From Octopus bimaculoides (Eukaryota), in NCBI RefSeq assembly GCF_001194135.2, contig NC_069002.1, forward strand, positions 11,416,349 through 11,457,801: a DNA stretch of 41,453 nucleotides. The letters run 5' to 3'. Both the position numbers and the translations under genes were made by a program. This document shows positions 34,355 through 41,453 of the stretch, in pieces. Each line of letters begins with the position of its first letter. Positions within the stretch are counted from its first letter, which is position 1. The notes beneath the pieces were generated by a model. The model saw only the letters and a program-made list of their open reading frames with translations, had not been told where the DNA came from and did no database searches.

Positions 34355-34744
34355 TTGCTAGCAATGTAGGTGCTACCCTGCACCGTCAGTCACAATTAGT
34401 GTCAACTTAATTCTTCATTTTTGCTTTTATATTGCTTATACCCGCTTTCATTATTTCATAATTTTTACATTACCATTTTGCTGAATCACCCATTGATTCA
34501 CATGGTAAATTCTATATTCTGACAGTCGGGATTTAGCCAAATCATCCAGCGATGGAGCAGTCACCACTGATGAGCCTTAATTTTAAGTGACGCTAGACTA
34601 GTATGGTGATCTCACTCGCTGTGGGACGATTATCGCCTATGTCAATGCTTAGATATGTCTTTTGCGGGTTTAAGAGTCATTGATTCTTATTCTAAGCAAT
34701 GTAAGTGCTACCTTGCACCCTCAGTCACAATTAATGATAATTAA
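34355..34744 (+). ncRNA. Retrozyme-like monomer copy C (more than one 335-nt unit), HHR at 34555-34613
   Basis: gcaatgta(g/a)gtgctacc recurs at 34361 and 34696 (period 335). HHR reads GAG-CA-GUCACCA-CUGAUGA-GCCUUAAUUUUAAGU-GACGC-UAGAC-UAGUA-UGGUGAU-CUC, with a 7+3-bp stem I and GAAAC mutated to GACGC. Confidence 0.8.
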
Positions 34745-35167
34745 CTATGTGTGTGCGTGTGTACACACTCACACACACATCTTGGTAAAAATTCCGATTA
34801 CAAAGACGAACCTTTTAGTATTCAGTATTTTTCTAAATATATTTTGATCTAAAGACAAATACTAATTATCTACTTAATATTTACATACACAATTAATTAC
34901 TACGATGCATTTATGATATAGAAAGATGAAATATTTTTATAATTTCTTCTTTTGTTTGAAATTCAGATAAAGGAAATATCGATCAATATTCTATGAAATC
35001 ATAGAATTGTCATCTGAAGAAAAATGAAAGATTCAAATTGCTGCTTTACGTGAGTAATCGCGGTGAGGAAGATATCAATTCACCTGAATACAAGGGGGCG
35101 AAGTATGGATACTCTGAAGGATCTCTAGACTGACATTACCCGACAGGGTGCGAAACCAACGGTAACG

Positions 35168-35220
<53 letters not shown>

Positions 35221-35882
35221 CGTGCTTTTGTGTATGTATGCATCACAGTAGCGACGTACCTTCGACTTCGAGACGGATAACACACCTTATGAGTGGGTTA
35301 CTATCCATCCGTTCTTTTCCTTCTTTGTTTTGTTTCTTCATTCGGTAAAATAATACAATGACAAAAGATTAAGAAAACATTTTACAGGAAACAGAAGTAA
35401 TAACATGCAAAGAAATTCTCACTGAAAAACACCCAAGAAACCCCAGCTGTGAGACGCACAAACACGAAAATATATACAACCATAGCAAGAAACAGATTTA
35501 CTTAAGCGCAATTAAAAGTAAATAATGGGTATTTTTTTATGTATTCCATCTTCTATGAATACGTATACACGTGTGCGCGCACGCGTAGTGTGTGCTATTC
35601 TCTAATTTTCTTTTAATTTTATCAGTCGTTCATTCGACTGCAACTATGCTGGGATGTTGCTTTGAGTGTTAAGTCGAGAAAATCGATTCCCGTATTTATA
35701 TTCTGATTTAGGTACTTACTTCACGGGGACTTTTCACGAACCGCTACGTCACACACACACATGCACGCATACATACATATATATATATGTTTGTATATAA
35801 ATGTACATATGTATATATATATATACATATATATGCACGCACACTCACACACACACATACACACACACTCAGATATATATAT

Positions 35883-36385
35883 AGGCGCAGGCGTGGCTTT
35901 GAGGTAAGAAGCTTGTCTCCCAACCATATAATTCGGGGTTCAGTCCCAATGCGTGGCACCTTGGGCAAGTGTCATCCACTATAGCCTCAGGCCGTCCAAA
36001 GCTTTGTGAGTGGATTTGGTTCACGGAAGCTGAAAGAAGCCCGTCGTATATATATATATATATATATATATATATNNNNNNNNNNNNNNNNNNNNNNNNN
36101 NNNNNNNNNNNNNNNNNNNNNNNNNNNNNNNNNNNNNNNNNNNNNNNNNNNNNNNNNNNNNNNNNNNNNNNNNNNNNNNNNNNNNNNNNNNNNNNNTGTG
36201 TGTGTGTGTGTGTGTTTGTGTCTGTGTCTGTATTTGTCCCCCAATCACCGCTTGACAAGCAGTGATAGTATGTTTACGTCCCCGTAACTTTGCTGTTCCG
36301 CAAAAGCGACCGATAGAATAGGCACTAGTCTTAAAAGTCCAAGGGTCGATTTGTTCCATCAAAATCTTTCAAGGCGGCGCTGAAG
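35883..36385 (+). mobile_element. SINE family A, full length, internal (TA)n...(TG)n microsatellite spanning an assembly gap
   Basis: tRNA-like head with B box ggggttcagtccc, central block ccttgggcaagtgtc, internal microsatellite, and a 3' half matching 31560-31740. Confidence 0.9.
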
Positions 36386-38689
36386 GATATATATATATAT
36401 ATAACTTATATATATATATATATATATATATATCATATAGAAAGACATATATACATACGTATTTGTATATATATATGTTAGTTATATATAAATACACAAA
36501 CATGCGCGCGCGCATACACACACCGACATACACAAATACACACACACACACATACATACATATATATATATATATACACCCACTCTCTCACGTATCAAAA
36601 ACACCGCGGCGCTCCCCAAATATACGATAGCAGTAACCACAAGAAACGAAAATTGCCAAAGAATTACTAAGAAAAATAAGCTGTAACCAAAATAGACGCC
36701 ATATGTGGGTCTTGTAACAATTAAAAGAGCCAAGATTCCTTAAATTACCGAAAAAGGTCAGAAGGGGTTAAATAAATAGAGTGTGTCAAAACAATAACGT
36801 TACTGCAGATGGCCATGAAAAGGAAAATTAATAGAATCCTCAACGCACACATACACATATAAATATGCACACATACACGCACACACATAAGTATGTATGT
36901 ATGTATAAACGTGTCTGTGTGTATGTGTGTGTGTGTGTGATTGAGTGCATGAGTGTATGAGTGCGTGTGTGAGTGAGTATATGTGTAGACTTTATGCTAC
37001 AACCTAAGAACTGTGAAGGTCCCCTGGACTTTCGTTGTCTTTCGATATTCGTACTTGCTTCATATACATATACATACATGCATACATGCCTACCTACCTA
37101 CCTACCTACCTACCAACCTACATACATACATACATATACATATATATATATATATATANNNNNNNNNNNNNNNNNNNNNNNNNNNNNNNNNNNNNNNNNN
37201 NNNNNNNNNNNNNNNNNNNNNNNNNNNNNNNNNNNNNNNNNNNNNNNNNNNNNNNNNNNNNNNNNNNNNNNNNNNNNNNNNNNNNNNNNNNNNNNNNNNN
37301 NNNNNNNNNNNNNNNNNNNNNNNNNNNNNNNNNNNNNNNNNNNNNNNNNNNNNNNNNNNNNNNNNNNNNNNNNNNNNNNNNNNNNNNNNNNNNNNNNNNN
37401 NNNNNNNNNNNNNNNNNNNNNNNNNNNNNNNNNNNNNNNNNNNNNNNNNNNNNNNNNNNNNNNNNNNNNNNNNNNNNNNNNNNNNNNNNNNNNNNNNNNN
37501 NNNNNNNNNNNNNNNNNNNNNNNNNNNNNNNNNNNNNNNNNNNNNNNNNNNNNNNNNNNNNNNNNNNNNNNNNNNNNNNNNNNNNNNNNNNNNNNNNNNN
37601 NNNNNNNNNNNNNNNNNNNNNNNNNNNNNNNNNNNNNNNNNNNNNNNNNNNNNNNNNNNNNNNNNNNNNNNNNNNNNNNNNNNNNNNNNNNNNNNNNNNN
37701 NNNNNNNNNNNNNNNNNNNNNNNNNNNNNNNNNNNNNNNNNNNNNNNNNNNNNNNNNNNNNNNNNNNNNNNNNNNNNNNNNNNNNNNNNNNNNNNNNNNN
37801 NNNNNNNNNNNNNNNNNNNNNNNNNNNNNNNNNNNNNNNNNNNNNNNNNNNNNNNNNNNNNNNNNNNNNNNNNNNNNNNNNNNNNNNNNNNNNNNNNNNN
37901 NNNNNNNNNNNNNNNNNNNNNNNNNNNNNNNNNNNNNNNNNNNNNNNNNNNNNNNNNNNNNNNNNNNNNNNNNNNNNNNNNNNNNNNNNNNNNNNNNNNN
38001 NNNNNNNNNNNNNNNNNNNNNNNNNNNNNNNNNNNNNNNTTTCTCTCTCTCTCTGCGTTTGTGTGTATGTATGTGTGTGTGTGTGTGTTTGCAAGTGTGT
38101 GAAACTTGTAAAAGAATATCAGGAAACAACGAAGGGATCCAAGAGCGATTTAACAAATTTCAAAACACGGCCAACAAAAACAATAACAACAAGTAACAAT
38201 CTCATTTTGGCAGCTGAAGACATCACACGTGTGGCCCATTTCGAAGAATACAAACAAAACGGCACAGGAAACCTCATTTTATTTTAACTGTCCATTCACC
38301 CCATGGTGAATAAATACCGAATTGTAAACAACAAGGCTATCTTGCTTATGGGGACCATTTGGTAATTCCATTTGGGTACCATAGGAGTTCTCAGACTAAT
38401 ATAGCTTTTGTTTTGTCTATATATGTGAATATATTCCTTTACTGGTTCTGCTTAGGAGTCCGTCGTATTTCTTTCAAAAGAGTTTCATTAAATTATGCCA
38501 GCCACAACCTATCCATTTTGTTTTAGGAGTGCAAAGGTTAGGAGGTCTTGGGGCTTATGTTACATCCTTCTTGTAATTTACGAAAGAAATTGGTAATGTA
38601 AACCTGGCTGCTAAAAATCGAAAACCTAAAAAGAACGAAGTCGATTAGAACGACGCAGTGTGCAACACATACACAAATATGTGTGTATG

Positions 38690-38755
38690 TGCACGTTAAC
38701 TTCTAGTTGATCGTATCAACTGGAACACTCATCGTCGTAACTGACGGAGCGCCAG
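38690..38755 (+). mobile_element. 3' fragment of SINE family B
   Basis: tgcacgttaacttc..gttgatcgtatcaactggaacactcatcgtcgtaactgacggagcgcca aligns with 7206-7284. Confidence 0.75.
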
Positions 38756-38765
38756 AGTTTATATA

Positions 38766-38800
<35 letters not shown>

Positions 38801-38921
38801 GTGTTTCTCTCTGTGTGTGTATAAATATAAGTGATATATATGTGTATGCATATGTACATCCATGCAAGCACTTATGTGAGTCTTTGTATGTGCGTGTGTG
38901 TGTGTTTGTGTGCGTGCGTGC

Positions 38922-38961
<40 letters not shown>

Positions 38962-38971
38962 NNNNNNNNNN

Positions 38972-39016
<45 letters not shown>

Positions 39017-39774
39017 GGAGAGAGAGAGTGGGAGAGAGAGAGAAATTATAAATGGTGTTAGGTGTACATGACAGTTGTTTTAGCGAAGAAAACAAATGAT
39101 GAGCTTGTTTCATGTTCTAGAAATATTTCGAAGAGAAAAAAATCAAAAAATAATTAGCATTATTACAGACAGAAATATTTTCTTGTTTGCAGATTCACCA
39201 TTTTCTAAAACTAATTCATAAATCACAACTTGAAAATTACAATAGAACTAACTTATATATTTACATTGACTTCATTTTAGTGTCTGTTTACCCATTCTTC
39301 TAATTATCGCCTTCAATGTTAATTCATTCTTTCACTCAGAACATCACTAATAATAGATTACTCTTGTCATTTTATTTCTATATTATAAACTATGTATTAC
39401 CCAATGTAACCGTGTATCTCCAACGCAACATTTACTCAAGTTTCTCGACATACACTCATATATACTTCTATTAAACAATTCACCCCTGTTTCAAAGACGA
39501 AACTCTTTGGCCTTTTGTATTTAATGTCATCATTTCAAGGTAACTACCAATAGTAAGATGAAGTATATTTGCCACTTAAATGTGGCTGACCCCTAAGGGT
39601 GGATGTTAGTGTTGCTTTTAGCCCCAGGAGAACATCTCCTCCAGCTGGCTATCGACACACATCTGTGTCCTGTCTGTATTTGCAAAAGGAAGTCATCCTT
39701 CCCTTATGTATGTTCTCTTCTCAATCCCTTCTTTGTATGTATGTATGTATGTATGTATGTATGTATGTATGTGA

Positions 39775-40045
39775 GTTCGCATGGCTAAGTAGTTAGAGCG
39801 TCGGGGGCACAATCGTGAGGTAGTGAGTGTGATTCCCGGACCGGGTTCTGTATTTGTGTTCTAGAGCAGTTTACTCAACCGTAGAAATGAAATGTGACAT
39901 CACTGGTCCCAAGCTGTATCGGCCTTTTCCTTTCCCTTGGATAACATCGGTGGCGTGGCAGCGGAGGCTCATATGCATGGGTGACTGTTGGTCTTCCACA
40001 AAAACCACTTTGCCCGCATTTGAGCCACGGAGGGTAACTTTCTAG
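39775..40045 (+). mobile_element. tRNA-derived SINE (family E), near full length, with a small central deletion
   Basis: A box tggctaagtag (39782-39792), B box-like gagtgtgattcc, and cccggaccggg..tgtgttct shared with family C; flanked by (TATG)n on both sides. Confidence 0.7.
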
Positions 40046-41062
40046 GTACAATCCTTTTTGTCATACCCTATGTATGTATGTATGTATGTATGTATTTTAT
40101 GCTACTCCAGAATTTTATCACCAAAATGTTTGGAAAATGCAACGCGCGAAACTCTCAGCTCCTGCATTACTTATGCAGCTTTACAATTATTTCATAGAAA
40201 ATATTCATCCTATTGAATATTGGTTATATTTCTCTTGTTTATTCCACCAAACCTTTGTTTGTGTATGTGTGTGTGTGTGTGTGTTTATGTGTGTGTACGG
40301 CCTTTATTCTTAGTTCCAATTCTTCCATTATTTCCCATTCATACTATTGAAATAGTTTCCCTCTATTTCAGCTCTAATTTAATTTAATTACTAATTTTAC
40401 TTGTATCTTTCACTTATTTGTATTATTTGGTTTTTTCTTTTAAATCCTGTAGCACAAGAACCTTCTATTCTATTACAACAAGCTTCATTTTAATACATTC
40501 TTATACTTAATTAAATATACATGTTCGTTTGCAATAAAATTCAACAACATTTCACCTACAATAACTTTCCTATTTCATATTATATTAACTATGTAATGTC
40601 CCACAGCTATTCTACCTCTATGGCGATTTTGGCAGCTCATTAAGTTATTCACCTTATTTCGCTACTCTTCAAGAACATAATGAAAATTTCATTCGTTAAC
40701 TTTCGTTTTTTTTTTTGCCTTTTGGTTCCTGACATTCTAATTAGTTTAAAACCTAACTAGCAAATATATTCGTTTTCTGTTTTTCAAAATATGGCTGAAA
40801 TTTTACAACCACGCCTTCTTTTCGTTTCTTGTTTTCTTGTTAAACATCTCTAACTCATACACCGAACCCCCGTTTACAAACAGAAATGCATAACAATTGT
40901 TTCATTCAATTCTCCTTTTACTGGTTACTGTGAAATGTTTCAAAATTAAATAGGAGTTAGTAAGAAACATATATACAATTACGATATATACGATTGAACG
41001 CTCTAATGTGGTCTTTCAATACGATGTTGTTGTTTTTGTTCGTCTTAATCAATAAACATGGG

Positions 41063-41225
41063 TGAAGACGTGGCTGCGTGGCAAGAAGCATGCTTGTCAA
41101 GCATGTGGTTTGGGGTTCAGTCCTACTGCGTAGCACATTGCGGAAGTGTGTTCTATTACAGCTGCGGGCCGATCAAAGCCTTGTGGGTGGATTTGTTAGA
41201 TGGAAACTGAAAAGAAGTCCATCGC
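41063..41225 (+). mobile_element. SINE family A, 5' half, ending in (TA)n
   Basis: Aligns with 35883-36047 (cgtggctgcgtggcaagaagcatgc...ggggttcagtcctactgcgtagcac...gggccgatcaaagccttgtgggtggatttgttagatggaaactga). Confidence 0.8.
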
Positions 41226-41250
41226 ATATATATATATATATATATATATA

Positions 41251-41453
41251 TCATCATCATCATCATCATCGTTTAACGTCCGCTTTCCATGCTAGCATGG
41301 GTTGGACGATTTGACTGAGGACTGGTGAGACCGGATGGCAACACCAGGCTCCAGTCTGATTTGGCAGAGTTTCTACAGCTGGATGCCCTTCCTAACGCCA
41401 ACCACTCAGAGAGTGTAGTGGGTGCTTTTACGTGTCACCCGCACGAAAACGGC
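41251..41453 (-). mobile_element. 3' end of a retroposon with a (GAT)n tail, running off the window
   Basis: A (CAT)n tract is followed by gtttaacgtccgctttccatgctagcatggg...ggatgcccttcctaacgccaacc. I recall this as an abundant octopus repeat; single copy here. Confidence 0.55.

Noticed and set aside
38090-38287. Stop-free stretch KLVKEYQETTKG...GTGNLILF after the gap
   Set aside because: No recognisable domain, no splice donor before the stop, and the upstream part is (TG)n and gap.

Overview
Repeat-dense animal genomic DNA from a gappy scaffold (17 N-gaps, about 5.9 kb in total, most flanked by (TA)n or (GT)n). The AT-richness, microsatellite load and SINE repertoire suggest a cephalopod, probably Octopus; this is an inference from recalled repeat families, not a search. 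I can support no intact host gene, tRNA/rRNA gene or CRISPR array, and almost all ORFs in the track are microsatellite or N-gap artefacts. Recognisable content is decayed mobile DNA: a Ty3/Gypsy RT fragment, a mariner transposase remnant, a mariner MITE, 3' fragments of CR1-, RTE-, R4/Dong- and R2-like LINEs, and several tRNA-derived SINE families. The main signal that the ORF track does not show is RNA-level: about a dozen type I hammerhead-ribozyme (HHR)-like motifs in several sequence families. The best case is a retrozyme-like cluster at 33786-34744. There a ~335-nt structured monomer occurs in direct and inverted copies, and three HHR copies carry different inactivating mutations whose majority consensus is a complete hammerhead (CUGAUGA / GAAAC / GUA). 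One copy ends at the predicted self-cleavage site. Two LINE-SINE partnerships can also be read from shared 3' tails inside the window.
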